64,000 nt of DNA, taken from positions 35,898,001-35,962,000 of the forward strand of contig CM060734.1 of the NCBI GenBank assembly GCA_030704615.1. Direction: 5' to 3'. The notes under the pieces are model-generated. The model saw only the letters and a list, made by a program, of their open reading frames with translations. It made no database searches and was not told where the DNA came from. This DNA comes from Takakia lepidozioides (taxonomy: Eukaryota; Plantae; Bryophyta). How positions within the stretch are numbered: position 1 is the first letter of the stretch; every line of letters begins with the position of its first letter. Below, in pieces: positions 25,669 through 40,526 of the stretch. A program made the translations under genes and the position numbers.

Positions 25669-26029
25669 TCCTTCTTAATGCTATCAGAAATTGAGTCATC
25701 ACTGCATTACAGCTGACAAAATAGAAACTGCCTATGCAAATGCAATGGGAAGCTCAACCAGCCCCCCTCTTTGATAACTTGGCCCCACTGCTTTATTAGC
25801 TGCTGTTATCTCATGATCACTGAGAGACGAGCCGAGCACACGCTCTTTTGGCGACAACTTTCTCAGAGTGATCTCATGGATTCTGCATTATCTCATTCCT
25901 TAAAGCTTGCCCTAACTTCAACAGACTGCGCAAAGAGGAGAGAGAATCATAAAAGCTCGATGATAACAACAAGTTGTGTGCCTTCTCCACATGGCGGGCG
26001 GCTAGTACATTTTGAAAGCCTTGTTTAAT

Positions 26030-26810
26030 CAACCAAAACCCCCCACCTTATAATAACTCGTTCAAAATTGTTGTTGTTACGCTATCAATCCAACTAGATT
26101 CCTACCCACACCTGGATCACCACCACATATCATTACGCCACCAGTTACATTGACATGACCCACCTACTAGTATATTATAGGCACCATACCAAAATCATCA
26201 CTACCAATCCAACCCGAATGCACTCACGCCTCTATACAAACATATACAACCCATTATACCACCCATCCCAAGGGGTCGTTTTTATTCCCAACCTTAGTCC
26301 GCTCAACATTGTCGACACCACCCACCCACCATCACAACATACGCAACCCTCCAAGACATCTGAAAACACTAACATTATTACGATGTGGGGATATTCACCC
26401 CAATCTCGGTCCTCCCAAAATTATCACTGAAATCATCACCAACATGCATGTTGAAGCCCAAGATAGATACGACATTTATTTCCAAAACAGCACAATTTAT
26501 CTTGCCCACATATACCAACGTCTCCACGAACATTTCTCCCTTTACCTCCCAAAAACCAACACTACAAACAACCGCTCTCCCGCAACCTTTGATATCGCTA
26601 CTTCCCTCTACCCGGCAGTGGCAAAAGCAAGCTACAACCTCAAGGCCTATCCTACCCATCATCTCCTCATTGCCTACATTGTCAATATCTCCCCTCTACC
26701 TATTATCTGCAATGAGCACATGCAAACTCACCACTACCCCTCAGGATTAGATACCCTCCGCAAACTCAAAAATCTACCTCCACACCCATTAAGGGAACGA
26801 CCACTTAACC
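26030..26810 (+). mobile_element. Non-LTR retrotransposon-like fragment with 2A-like motif
   Basis: Strongly A/C-skewed strand. ORF 26309-26869 contains LLRCGDIHPNLGP at 26375-26413. Confidence 0.5.
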
Positions 26811-28392
26811 ATAGATTTGTGGGCCCGTATGGTGGATGTATAGAAAGAGCTTTTTGGTATGCAATATAAAGACGTAGATAGGTAGAAATATATAATATAA
26901 AAGTTTGTCAAATATTTAGAAAAGTTATACCGGGAGCAAACAGACTATTCGGCGGAAATTAAATTATTTCTTAAATACCAATTGTTTTGGATAATCTGGA
27001 GACATTGAGCTTGAATCCATCTAGAATTATTAGTCACGAAGCCGGATCAAATTTTTTATGGTCAAACCCCTTGTGGAGGGCAACATCCACCCAACAAACC
27101 ACACGCCTATCATATCATTCACATCTCTCTATAGTTATATTTAAATAAATAACACACACATATATATTTTGATTTGATGTGATAGTTGTTTTGATTTTCA
27201 TATTATTTTAAATATGTAAACCTACAAAAGTGGGTGGACTCGGCCCTCAATATCAGTTTTATTCAAAGGGGTTTAGTTTTGTATTTGTAATAAGATCCAT
27301 TAGGTAACGTGGCTAATAACCAATTGCATAGATTCACCTTCAAATAAATGGTTCTGAATGTTATATTTAAATATAGGCATATATTAGTCATTCTTTATAA
27401 TTTCAAATGATGAGTACAATGTTCAGGTTGCAGACTTAGCCTTCACTTCTCCATCCACCCCTCCAGATCTACAAGAATTAGTCAGGTGTGACAGAGATGT
27501 GTGATAGACAGTAGAAGAAGAAGGAAGGAAGCTGGGTAGATCGAATTGTAGTAGCGAAAACAATATAGATAACATAAGGTGGAGGGAAAAAATTTACACT
27601 AGTTTGTCAACATAGTGGAAAAACTTGTATGCTAAAACTCTTTTGGTTTGGAGTAGAAACTTGCCTGACAAATAAGTTACTTTGAGTAGACAAATCATAA
27701 GCATTGTTGTTAAATGGAATACTTATGATAAATCAAAAGGTTCTGTTGAGTCAAGTTCAAAAGCTCAAAGCGTTAAAGTATTTGTACTTGAAGTTAATTT
27801 TTAAGAGTATACATCTTTTGAAATATTACATATATTATTATATTTTATCATTTTCTTTACACTTCCATTGTATTTTGATAATTGAGAGATATATATATAT
27901 TTTAATATAATGTTATATAGGATATTGACCAGAATTCCTATAATGAGTATGATGATGTCAAGAGGATTGCAGACAATGGAATAATATTCAACACACAACA
28001 ATATGACGTTGTAGTATAATGTTTTTTTTAATACAGCTCATATATTTAAACAAAAAATATATGTTCTTCTTGTACTGAAGCTACAAAACAACGACCCGTA
28101 ATGTATACTTGGAAGATGTATATGTGGGTCAGCCAATTACAAACGTATCCTCCCAAAACAAATTTGTCGTGTGTCAGATATTTAATGTGCACTTCGTAAA
28201 TCATTATTGGCAAACTATAACAGTGTTACTATTTTCAAAAATTTAATCTTCATATGATATGCAAGAAATAATTACGGTCATTATTAATACTCGATATAAA
28301 AATAATTTATTTCTTTTGAAATTATATATAAAACTCATTCATTGATTACTATTACAAATACAGTAACACAATTGTTATTTTTATTTTTCTAG

Positions 28393-28581
28393 GTCATATT
28401 TATTTTGGGGCCAAGATCATGCGATGTGAAAACTTTGGAGAAATTGTTCAGAGCAGGAATGACAATTGCACGATTTGACATATCACATGGCCCAAAAGAT
28501 CATCTTCAAGAGGCTCTAACAAATCTCAAATCTGCTATGATGTCTACTCAAATTATGTGTCACGTCATGTTAGATTCTAAG
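28393..28581 (+). pseudogene. Isolated exon encoding a diverged pyruvate kinase N-terminal (barrel) segment
   Basis: VIFILGPRSCDVKTLEKLFRAGMTIARFDISHG...EALTNLKSAMMSTQIMCHVMLDSK, bounded by AG and GT, resembles plant cytosolic PK (TLGP...LEKLLRAGMNVARFNFSHG...CAVMLDTK). No further PK exons are in the window. Confidence 0.8.
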
Positions 28582-28779
28582 GTACATACTCTCACCATAC
28601 AAACATAATTAAAATTATCCAATGCTTTTATAAATTGATATTATATATTTATAATGTGATTATTACATCATATTATAACTTAAGAATATTATGTATTTTA
28701 TCTAAGACAAATAACGATAAATACACCTTAAAATATCAATTATATTTTCTTATTTTATTAATTAATATAGTGGTATTTA

Positions 28780-31376
28780 TTGTTTGTCTATTTATTAATG
28801 AAGAGAAAAACTATTCATTCCTCTCAAAGTGATAATACTAGTTATCATGAAGACGAGAAAACCAATTTACAACATTATTCAAAGATGGATATAGGCAGCC
28901 AAACCAACTCTGAAAACTTACATTTCACCTCCGAAATTGACTCTCGAAAGCCCAAGGCTCATTTGCAAGATAATTACAAGTGCTACCATTGGATTCCTTG
29001 CGTTCCGCATTCTGCTTCTAGCATATCTGTGTCTGAATCTCATGAGGCTGTTAAGACACCTACACAAGACAATCAGAATATGATACTACTTCTAATAAGA
29101 ATATTGTTTATGATGTTAGCAAGAAGATTAACGCTACTCCGACTCCTACATCTAATGACACTACTTCAATATCTAGTAATAGCATTCAATGTGACACGTC
29201 AAAGAATGCTTTTGCAACTGAAAAATTCATCGCAGATAATCCAATTATTCTTGATACTAAAGACGACCTTTTTTTCCAACAAACCGATGTCAACATCAAA
29301 TATAACTAAAATGTCTAATATTGATGTATCACCAAATAATGATACCATTGTTGAATCACCCATAAGACTTACTCCCACAAAAAATGATGACGATTTTATT
29401 TCTATATTCATGCAGCAAAATATTGAAGAAATATCATCAGAAAAATATAATATAAGCTCAATAGATATTGATGACAACCCTCATATCCTAATAAATGCAA
29501 GTTATGCACTCCAAGAGACTAGTAGCATAGATTCGTCCACTCATGATATAGATTCACCTCATTTTCAAAGAAAAAGCATTAGCCTTGATACACCCAAAGA
29601 TGTTACATGTGTTATCCCTAGTAACGACACTCATTCAACTAATTGGTCTGACGTATCATATGGTGTTGTGGCAAGGAGAAATACAATCATAGTTGACAAA
29701 ACTATTGAGGATGATACATCTAAGTGGACATATGTATCATATGGTATTGTTACTAGAAAAGATGTCAATAACATCTCAGAAAGATTGATTTATGATGTTA
29801 CAAACTCTATCTCTAGTGTCAATATTGGTTCCATTAATACACAATATAATGACGCAGTCCAAATAATACCTATTGACGAGAGTATTAGACATCATGTAGA
29901 GTACAATTCTATTGGAAATCCTTTTGATTTGCAAATCCAACAAAATATTGGTGATGTTGAAAATGACACTAATATAGATCGTACATCTAATCATGATGAT
30001 ATCATAACCGACACCAAGGAAATGACTGATACTTCGGAAAATATAGTGAATGTAGAATCTACACCTATTAATAGTGTGACAACTGTAATCAATATCCATG
30101 ATGAGATTATTGATGGTATTCCAGAACTTACACGATCAAATAATGTTGTTAATGATTGTTGTTGTATGCATAACACATTGAGTGTTGCCACATATCCTAT
30201 TGAGGATATTATTGATGATGATAAAGATACCAAAATGAACATTGACGTAGTAAAAGAGAATATCAGTATTCCTCTACATAGTATAAATAATTCTGTCAAT
30301 GATACTAGTGCGCTTGGAGATTCTAACAATCGTGATTTAATGTCTAAATGGTCATATGTGTCTTATGGCATCGAGAAGAAACTTATACTAACAAATCTGA
30401 AGAGATAATGTTACCTATTGATCACCCTCCTGGATGGTCCTATGTTTCATATGGTGTGGTGTTTAGAAAGAGCATTGTTGATGTTGATATACCCGAGAAA
30501 ATGATTGAAGCTCCCAGTTTACCTACAATTAGTGACAATAACGACCCTACAAGAGATAGTGATACCCCCGAACACTTTGTATTTATTAATAACAATATTG
30601 ATCATGACATGATATCTACACCACATATTGATACATTCTATGAAGAAACTGCATCTACTCATGACATGGGTGCTCATGATAATACCGTAGTAAATGTCAA
30701 TCCATCTAAACAGAACGTGGACATCACTAGTAATATTTTTGATGATAGTCATACAAATTCATCTCAATATAGTAAAATATCATCTACAGCAATGGACCGT
30801 CTCATTCATAATATACATCCACCCGATGAGACATCTCATACGCTTAACACTGATACACTAAGTTCAAATAATATGGACAATAACAACATAACATCTCCCA
30901 TTGATATTACACCAAATGTTAATGACACATGTCAAATAAATACTTCACCAGAAAGTATTGTTGCAAGTCCTCAAGATAATAAAACGTTGAATTCTAGCAT
31001 TATAAAAAATATGGGTTTATTTGGAAAAACAACTATAGGCCCTTCTTCTACAAGGGAAGCTTGTATGATTTTTCCTAACAAAGTTGATGGCAAGGTACCA
31101 AATTTTATTGTACTTTTAAGCATTATAACGATTAGCATATTGATTATTTTATTTAGAATATATATACCTCAATAACCACGTAACATTTTTGCATTGACAT
31201 AAACTTTATCAGGTCACATATGTAGCTCTTCCAAGCAAGACAAACGGCAAGGTATGTTTTCATTGATTTATATTACTTGATTAAATACTCACTCATATAT
31301 ATATATGACACTCTCTTTTTGTTGATAGATTATCTCAATTATTACATCAAGAAAGATATTATTACTATTTTCTTAA
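28780..31376 (+). pseudogene. AT-rich, frameshifted low-complexity (S/T/D/N/I-rich) gene with four W-S/T-x-V-S-Y-G repeats; probable 3' exons 31213-31251 and 31329-31376
   Basis: ORFs 28780-30408 and 30348-31175 are joined by a frameshift. Repeats start at 29644, 29725, 30349 and 30435. Donor at 31095 and AG/GT-bounded small exons follow. Confidence 0.55.
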
Positions 31377-34300
31377 AAATGTGAACAATTTTTATCACTT
31401 ATTTGTTATTGCCAGACATCATATAATAAAATAATAAAAATTAATTTAGTCTATTGACATGAATGATGTATTGTACGCCATACTATTACATATCTAGTAA
31501 GACTTCCAGTTGCTTTTGCAATGATGTCATATCTAATTAGGTCAATATCAGGTCTAGCATGCATGTATATTTGGTTTAATCTCATCCAGTTCATGGTAGA
31601 GTCATTACTAATTTCAAATTTCAATGGTTGTTCTTTCACAGGAATATAAAAGAAAATACACAGTTCTAAGGGCTAGGCATAAAAGACCAGAAAAATGCAA
31701 AGGTTTGATTCTTCAAACAACTGAAATATGTTTTGTGTTTTTCTCGTTTGCATAATATATCTTTGTTCCGAAATTTTATTATTATGTCGATTGTAAAGTG
31801 ATTTTAAAATGGTTGTCGACTTGTCAAAATGCAGATTTTGAACATCTTTTCAAGATTACTGAGGTCCTGAAAAAAGAAGGATTGGAAGAGATAGAGCGGC
31901 ATTTGCCATAACTTTTTTGTGGGTTATTCCTGGGCATAAAAAAACCCTGGATTTTAATGATTTTGCAATGTATTCAGAATGGGTACGAATTTACGCTCCG
32001 CATTAAGCTAATAACTTTGGGGGTAAATATAATGATTCTTTGGGCCAATCAAGAATTTCTTGCTATTACGAATTTGTACACACTTTACTTTTTACTTTTT
32101 ACATACTTGTGCACATTGGATAAATTTATGCAACTCCAACAAAAAGTTGCACAAATTTCTTTTATGTTAATTTAGAGAGTTTGCCTATTTATAAAATATT
32201 TTGCAAAGTCGTAAATGGAAGCCATTGAGGTTTACATCCAGGGATGAAGCACATAGCTAACGGCTCTATTTGTTCTTTCCCTTTTAATGCACCACGGCTA
32301 CGTTTGGAATGATGGAAGGAAAGGAGGGAGGCCCACACAGTGTATGTAGCCAATTCTTTTTGCCAGTTATCATTCTTTTGACGATCATGCTATGATCCCT
32401 CAGCGTATGAATTTCATCCTACTCACTAGGTCGTGGCCCTGTCTGCTATCATTTATAGAGCTAATGACATGATCAATAGATCAGTCACCCCTGCTAGGTG
32501 TGGATGTCCCGCATTGGCTTAGGCCTATGTCGCACATAGGGCCAAGCAACATTGCCCCTGATGAAGGATGGGATTCATGAACAAAGGTCCTGGAATGTTG
32601 GAGGATACCTGCCCCCAACTCAATAACAGCTACTTTGTTTGCTGTAAAAGAAAATGAGATGCGGAGAGAACTGTCACTCTGGATTCTGGACTAAGTAGGA
32701 ACATGCGAACTATTATTTGAAAGTTGAAGGAACCAAGAGTTTTGAACATTTATATAGACACCAGTCTGGGCTTAAATCCCAGCAGCTCCATATTGTCTTT
32801 TCTTTCCACATTCATCTGGCGTACTTCTTATGGATGCTATTCATATGCTAGAATACATGGTCAATGGTTGGTGCGTTGCTTCTTCACGGAGGGTGGTGCT
32901 TAGACAGACATATCTGCAGCCCTACTTGTCTGGGAAGTCAGGTCGTAGAGATACACCTTGGAATCATATGCAAGCCTATCTGGGTAGGCAGCTGTGGGGT
33001 GTCTTTTGAGTGAAGAGAATTGAGGGGGGGGTCTCTAGAGCAGGCAGACAAAGGTCCTTATGGAAGCTTCCCCACTGCACAGGCTACTTAACTCCCATGA
33101 TCCTGCAATTCCATATTGCTCTTCATCCCAAAGTCAACCAAAAATAGAGTATGGTTACTGCAAAGAAAAGATAAAGAATTATCCTTGTAGACTAAAGGGA
33201 CGGGAAAGATATAGAGAAACAAAGCTTAGGAAAATGGCCAAAAAAACCGCAAAAAGATAGGGGACTGCAACAAACTAGGTGTAGATGAGTCACCACAATT
33301 GAGTGCCTCGTGCAGATAACCTGAGACACACATTCTTGGTCTATACTGTAGACAAGCAGTCTCAGCCTATAGATTCACAAAATGCAGGCCAGAAAAGAAG
33401 GTGATGCTCTATCTCCACTTTTCACATGGTGGAAGCTTTACAACCCTAGCTTTACAAGGATTGTTAAATCCATCTACCAAGAAAGTGGAGATTGCTGAGT
33501 CTGAAAGCATCAAATCCCCTAGAAATTGGGAGAGAGATGTGTTTCACACACTTCCCAACATGGAGATTGGTTTGGCTGTGGAGGGACGCATTATACATAA
33601 TCCCCCCTTTCATAATAATAGAAAAGTACATGCTGTCTCATCAGTGGAAGTATGTTCTCGAGACAGTAAGGTCAGATCTTCCCACTGTCTTATCAAGAAA
33701 CGACCATGGACATAATCTCAGAATCAAACTCAGTTTTCTATATAGGTGACTGTCCCCATAACACATTGCCACAGTCTTTGTTGTGCCACAACACAAATTC
33801 ATAAGGGACGAGTGGCTTTCAAAATCAAGGCACAAAGGAGATGGCCTCCATGCTCTTGGGAATCACCATGACCATCAGAACAACCAGGCCACTCCATTCA
33901 GCAGGTTGGCATGGATAAATGGTTAATGGCAAGTTCTGCCAATCTTCCTGAGTAAACCACTTCAAGTTATGTTGAGATACCATATCTGTTGGGACAACTG
34001 CCTAAAGTGAGGCTGGAGCCAAACAGATCCTTGTCAGTGTTCCCCGTGTTCCCCGTCTGGGAAGTTGCTTGGTTGTGATGAGTAAAAAGGGGTCCTGAAG
34101 TTCAATTGCCAGCATGCCACTTTGTCCTCGCACGGTATGAAGTATGAACGGCACTTATTGAATAGGGGAAAACTTTCCTAGTAGGCCACATGCCTCTATA
34201 TGTCATTCTTCGTCATTCAAATACTCATTTAGCTCCAGCATTTTTTACGACAGGAGTTGTAGGATATCCACGTCCCCTTTGCAGCGATGATGTCGGCCTC

Positions 34301-34598
34301 GTCAGGCTCATAATTAGACTACCTCATAGGATTTCGCCGGTTCTTGCAAACAATTGCAAAAGTTGACCCGCAAAAACAAGGCACAACAAAAATCCAGCTG
34401 TTGTACTTGAAGACTGCCTTATTTGACTGAGATACTCTCACACAAACCGTGCCACTCAACCAAGACTAGACTGGACCAGACATCCAGTTGTGCGTATACA
34501 GGACAACGTCATGCGTGACGCATCCTTAATAAATATTCACATCCAAACCGCTAAACTCTCAATGAACCCCCGTGAAGGCTTAAACCTCATACCAGGGA

Positions 34599-34925
34599 TT
34601 AGGCAGAAGCACCGGATCTGTAATTGTAAAGCTTTCCGATGACATGCAGCGCAGTAACAAAACCGATAAAGCAGAGGCTCATGACCAACACCACAGTGGG
34701 GGTGATCTTGAGGCCGGGGGCATCATCAGTGTAAAACCGCAGCATATTACTGCCACCTCCTCCAAATCCACCACTTCCTCCCGAAGAAGCCCTTCTCCTA
34801 CGCAGCCCTGATGACGGCGCACTGCCTCTAGGAGCAGCTCCCGCAGGCCCAGCCCGCCCCGCCCCTGCCCCTGTCCCTCCCTTCGAGACTGTGGATGACG
34901 CTTGACTTTGTGATCCTCTCGCCAT
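34599..34925 (-). CDS. SEC61B: Protein transport protein Sec61 subunit beta (intronless CDS)
   Basis: [39 protein letters not shown] signature. Confidence 0.96.
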   Translation of the reverse strand: MARGSQSQASSTVSKGGTGAGAGRAGPAGAAPRGSAPSSGLRRRRASSGGSGGFGGGGSNMLRFYTDDAPGLKITPTVVLVMSLCFIGFVTALHVIGKLYNYRSGASA

Positions 34926-35304
34926 AACGTCGGACCTTACTCAAAACACTCTTCAACCCTCTACCAATCCTGACCAGAATTCAAGTGCGCTTCCCTCATT
35001 CCCAGTTCCCAATCCCTATTGAGCAAAAGCAGCGAGAGAGACGAGGGAGGAAGGAAGGACAAGAACGAGACGAGGCTCGAGGGCAGACGGTCTCATGTCC
35101 ATCCATCCATCAAGATGACAAAAAGTTGGATGACTTGATATACGATGAAGCTTGGCTGGATATGGTTTATCGATGGCCAGGTCAATTGGATGAATGTGGA
35201 CTAATAGACGAATGAAAACAGCTGGCCACTCGAGATGGACGAATAGCGGGCCTAGGACGTGAAGAATGGACGAACGAAAATGGCTGTCTGTGCGAGAAGC
35301 TAAA

Positions 35305-35390
35305 TTAGGGTTTATGATATGAGGGATAGCAGGACCGAACGATCTGAAGGCATCGACGGCCATTAAAGCTCAGGATTGCGCCCTATAAAC
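35305..35390. promoter_or_regulatory. Telo-box (TTAGGGTTT) and TATA-like element in the shared Sec61beta/RPS27 upstream region
   Basis: ttagggttt at 35305-35313 and tataaa at ~35384, followed by a pyrimidine tract ctctctcttt. Telo-boxes are typical of plant ribosomal-protein promoters. Confidence 0.55.
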
Positions 35391-35524
35391 TAGAGCTTAG
35401 GGCCGCCTTCACTCTCTCTTTGGGCAGCGCCATAGCTGAGCGCTTCCCTCCTCGTTGCTCTTTCGCCCTCCTACACTCTTCGTTGCAGGAGCATCAGTAA
35501 GTGTGAAGACGCACAGCAAGCAAT

Positions 35525-37364
<1,840 letters not shown>

Positions 37365-38195
37365 AAGACCAATTGATGCTATAGTCTGTCAGAGATCTGT
37401 CTTTCGCAATTATTTTGTACCTCTCAATGTATGGGAGCTGACTTTGAGATGGTGTCACTGAGCTGATCCAATGCGGCCACAGTTGTTCATCTTTGACTAA
37501 ATCTTTCACGAGCTGTGCCATTAGTAAAGCTCTTATATTGTTGCATGCGGTTGTGATTAATGATGCTAAGTTGTAGTCCAATTCAGCAGGTACTGTATTC
37601 TTCAGTGCCATCCTGTGGTCATAGGGGCAGAGATGTGAATGCATGCTGTGTCAGAAGTGGAGATTTGATCTACAAATTGTGGACACCAGACCAAGATATG
37701 GGAGAATCCATTCTTTGTGGTGGAAAACAAGACAAATTTGTTGTGGCAAGGAGGAATTGCATATGGTGGTATGACAAGCAACTTGGTTCACCTCCAATAA
37801 ACTGCAGATTATTTGTGGGTACTAGACGTGCAAAAAGTTATGTGCTCTACCTGTTGGGCTGTAAGAAAAAATCTCTAATGCATTCACCAGCAACCAACTG
37901 AGAATTTCGATTGATCTCTGTTTCCTTTCTGCCTCTTCCCGTGGAATAGGGTTAGGGTACCAAATATAGCTAATGTTATATGCTGATAATCTTAGCAAAC
38001 AAGTGAGCTCACCTCAGAGCTCAACTCAAACTTAATCATGTTTTTCGGACTTGTTTTGAGTCAGTTACGATTTTTCATACCATCATCGCACTGAGAGCAT
38101 GACCAGCAGTAGGGTTTTTTGGCGCTCTATAGAGCGGCAGTTTAGTGAGCGACTGCTGGTCATGCCCTGAGTGCCACCCGTGATTCTGGGTTTAA

Positions 38196-39313
38196 CCCCT
38201 AAAGGACTAGCCCCAATTTTTGGGTCCACCCCCGAAAAATTGACCCTTCCCCACTAAATAATTTATATCTTGAGATTTCCTCAGGCCCTGTAAAACTGAC
38301 CGTTGTAATATATTCCTACCTACCCCAGCTATGACCACAAAAAGTCTGGTCCAAATGGACCGGCCGGATTGCAAGATTATAATGTTGAAAGTTGGGCCAA
38401 AAACAAATTTCTTATTTACAATGGGGTTAAAAACACAGCTTTTCTTATAATTTCCCAGTGAATTTTTTTGACATGCCACAAACCAGAATCTTGTACCCTC
38501 CCAGGTAAGACACCTGACATGTTCTCATGTGGGCTGCTTTGTATGGCCAATTTGGGGGGTCAAATTTCCCAATTTCAAAGGGGCAAGCACAAAACCGTAT
38601 TAGAAAATTCTCCCTAGGCCTCACTGATCTGGGTGTTCCCCTTGTGTTACGCCCTTACGGCCCAATGGAGGTTATTTTTTCCTCCTTTCTGTCCTCAATT
38701 TTGACTCCTTATTAAGTAAAGTTTTTTCAGGGCCCTGTCCCCTTTATTAAAAAAAAGAAAAAGAAAAAGAAATCGGTGAAAAGAGCTGAACCGTTGAATT
38801 GTCAATTGCTCCGGTTGTACTGTAGTGGGCAGGTTTGTGTAAGCACTTTCGCGCCAATCAGAGCTTCCCTTCATATGATTTTGCCCCTGCCCATGATTTC
38901 TCCATGTGCACCTATGTTTGCCTATACTTTTTGGCGAGTGGCCCTAAGGTATGTGGGTTTTGGGGGGGGTGCCTTTGCCTTTGCCTGCCAATGGGGGGCG
39001 CTTTAGGGTGGAGGGGGCGCAATAAAGGGTGTTGGGAGACACGCCACCCTGCGCAAGGGGGGGGGGGGGTTGACACGTAGGATGGAGGGCAGGTTAGCTG
39101 CCCAAAATGGGGCTGAAAACCACGAGTGTGGCAGAATCTAGGTGTTCCACGTGGCTGGGGCAGACCCAATGACGAATTGGGAACTGCCACCTCATAGCTG
39201 ATGCGATTACCTATATGAGCCTAAACATGCCCAAATCAGGCTTAACCCCAGTGATAACCAGACATTTTTCTAAACCTAACCGACCCAGTTTGGGTCGCTT
39301 CGTCCTTTAGGGG
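38196..39313. mobile_element. Non-autonomous piggyBac-like DNA transposon, TTAA TSD
   Basis: TTAA|CCCCTAAAGGAC ... GTCCTTTAGGGG|TTAA: perfect 12-bp TIR with TTAA on both sides. No transposase ORF. Confidence 0.8.
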
Positions 39314-40177
39314 TTAAATCCTGCTACATTGTCAGGTGTGTTCTGTTATTCTCCCCTGTCCCATTGGCAGTGACCCTTGAGCCTTGTGCTTGGCGCCTCA
39401 TGGTGAGGTGAACTTACTGTGAAAGAGGCTATTTTCTTCTCTCACTATAAGGGGCTGATTTGAGCTGTCGCTCCCAGGTGTTTCCCTTTGAAAAAATATA
39501 CATAATTTCTGCCTAGAGGGGCAGAGAGAGAGAGAGAAGACTCCGGCCGAAGCCGGCGTAACTAAGAGCCACTTTGCCTTGCGGATACTGCCCTCTTTCG
39601 GGGGTGGGCCTAGAGGGGCAATACATATACCCTAGGGGGTGAAGAATGAACGCGGAAACAACCAGTGTAAGTTGGACCCGTATATAGGTCTGGGGCGGGT
39701 GTCAACTAAGATAAGGATAATGGTATGAAGGATCATACCAGGCGGGTACGTTCAAGGGCAAGACCCGACAATGCCCTGCTGGGGGAGGGTACATGGACTT
39801 TTAAAACCCTAGCGCAAACCAGACCAGTCCGGGCTTCTTCCTTGCGCTACCACTCCAATACCATGTATGCGTTGGCTGGGGGAGAGAAGGGAGAGGATTT
39901 AGGGTAGGATTTAGGGTAGTTTTCATTAAGGATACTAATTAGGGATGCTAATGTGTTTGAAGAGGAGTAGATGAAATGCAATGTGTTCTTTGAAATACTA
40001 GTTTCACTTTTTGACTATCACAGCTGCTAGTTAGAAAGAACTGGCAGAATGTAATTTGGATGTACTTGAAGGTGATACCAGACCCTGGCACATACCAGGT
40101 TGGTATGCCTTTTAAAAATTTGTTTTATACCATACCAGTCAGATTTTCAGTTTGATACCATACCATATACCATACCA

Positions 40178-40512
40178 TGTAGTTGTAAATACTGCATATA
40201 GAGTATGGTATGAGGTTATGTCACTGATACGTTGAATCTTATTGCTGTAGTTTCTTGGTACATGGATCGTTAGCCAATGATCAATATTTTTGGCATTGGA
40301 AACCATTGCAGGTATATAACGTAAATCCATGACAACGAATAGTTACTTGTATGTAGTGCAAGAGTTAGCTGAGGCTCATGGCATGAGCCGCAATGCAGTT
40401 TGAGTATGTATGTGTGATCACGTGATCAATGATAAGTCTGATTCCCTTGTATTCATATACCGGAAGAGTGTAGTGTGATTTGTGCATGAGTAAACAGCCG
40501 AGAGTTTCAACA
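40178..40512 (+). repeat. 5' LTR of copia element
   Basis: Direct repeat of 44815-45147, about 95% identical by manual comparison, with TG...CA ends. Confidence 0.95.
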
Positions 40513-40526
40513 GGTTATGGGCCCAC
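40513..40526 (+). promoter_or_regulatory. Primer-binding site of the half-tRNA-iMet type
   Basis: GGTTATGGGCCCA immediately follows the 5' LTR, as in the Drosophila copia PBS. Confidence 0.8.
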
